From an uncultured delta proteobacterium (GTDB lineage: Bacteria > Myxococcota > Myxococcia > SLRQ01), in NCBI GenBank assembly GCA_963727485.1, contig CAVSGM010000001.1, positions 576,001 to 640,000 on the forward strand: DNA of 64,000 nt, given 5' to 3'. Within the stretch, counting starts at the first letter, position 1. The number at the start of each line of letters is the position of its first letter. The notes beneath the pieces were generated by a model. The model saw only the letters and a list, made by a program, of their open reading frames with translations. It had not been told where the DNA came from and made no database searches. Below, in pieces: positions 63,957 through 64,000 of this stretch. Made by a program: the position numbers and the translations under genes.

Positions 63957-64000
63957 TCCCCAGCATTCCCCCGAGATCACCGCCAGCGCCCCGAAGGTCA

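Noticed and set aside
39011..64000. Prophage or integrative island inserted at the ssrA 3' end
   Set aside because: No integrase or phage genes, and I saw no duplicate of the tmRNA 3' end by eye; a computational search is needed to exclude it fully.

Overview
Very GC-rich bacterial chromosome segment, most likely from a Myxococcota-type organism (TIGR02266/PilZ-like protein, DUF2378-like paralogues, tmRNA tag ANHDVELALAA, DGG-linker lipoproteins). From about 1 to 44 kb it is mostly core or metabolic genes: homogentisate tyrosine catabolism (FAH-maiA-hppD-hmgA), thyA-folA, a NodIJ-like ABC exporter, dNK-panB-panC-smpB, hemH, ssrA and an alpha-2-macroglobulin. From about 44 to 64 kb it is accessory: DUF1801/VOC/AraC genes, two lower-GC islets, an AAA ATPase, a Mre11/Rad50-like YhaO-YhaN pair, lipoproteins, a phospholipase C and a membrane glycosyltransferase. 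Many genes are split by single-base indels, probably long-read consensus errors. Highlights: (1) a RAYT-like HUH/Y1 nuclease between a perfect ~20x16-bp tandem array and REP-like hairpin repeats; (2) a PafBC-type promoter motif (TGTCAS-N10-TANNNT) at identical spacing before that nuclease, the Mre11/Rad50-like operon and the AAA ATPase, suggesting a LexA-independent DNA-damage regulon; (3) a CxxU selenoprotein missed by the ORF track; (4) a lower-GC two-nuclease cassette; (5) a DUF692 (MNIO)-DUF2063 pair with no visible precursor peptide. All family calls come from motif recognition by eye, not database searches.
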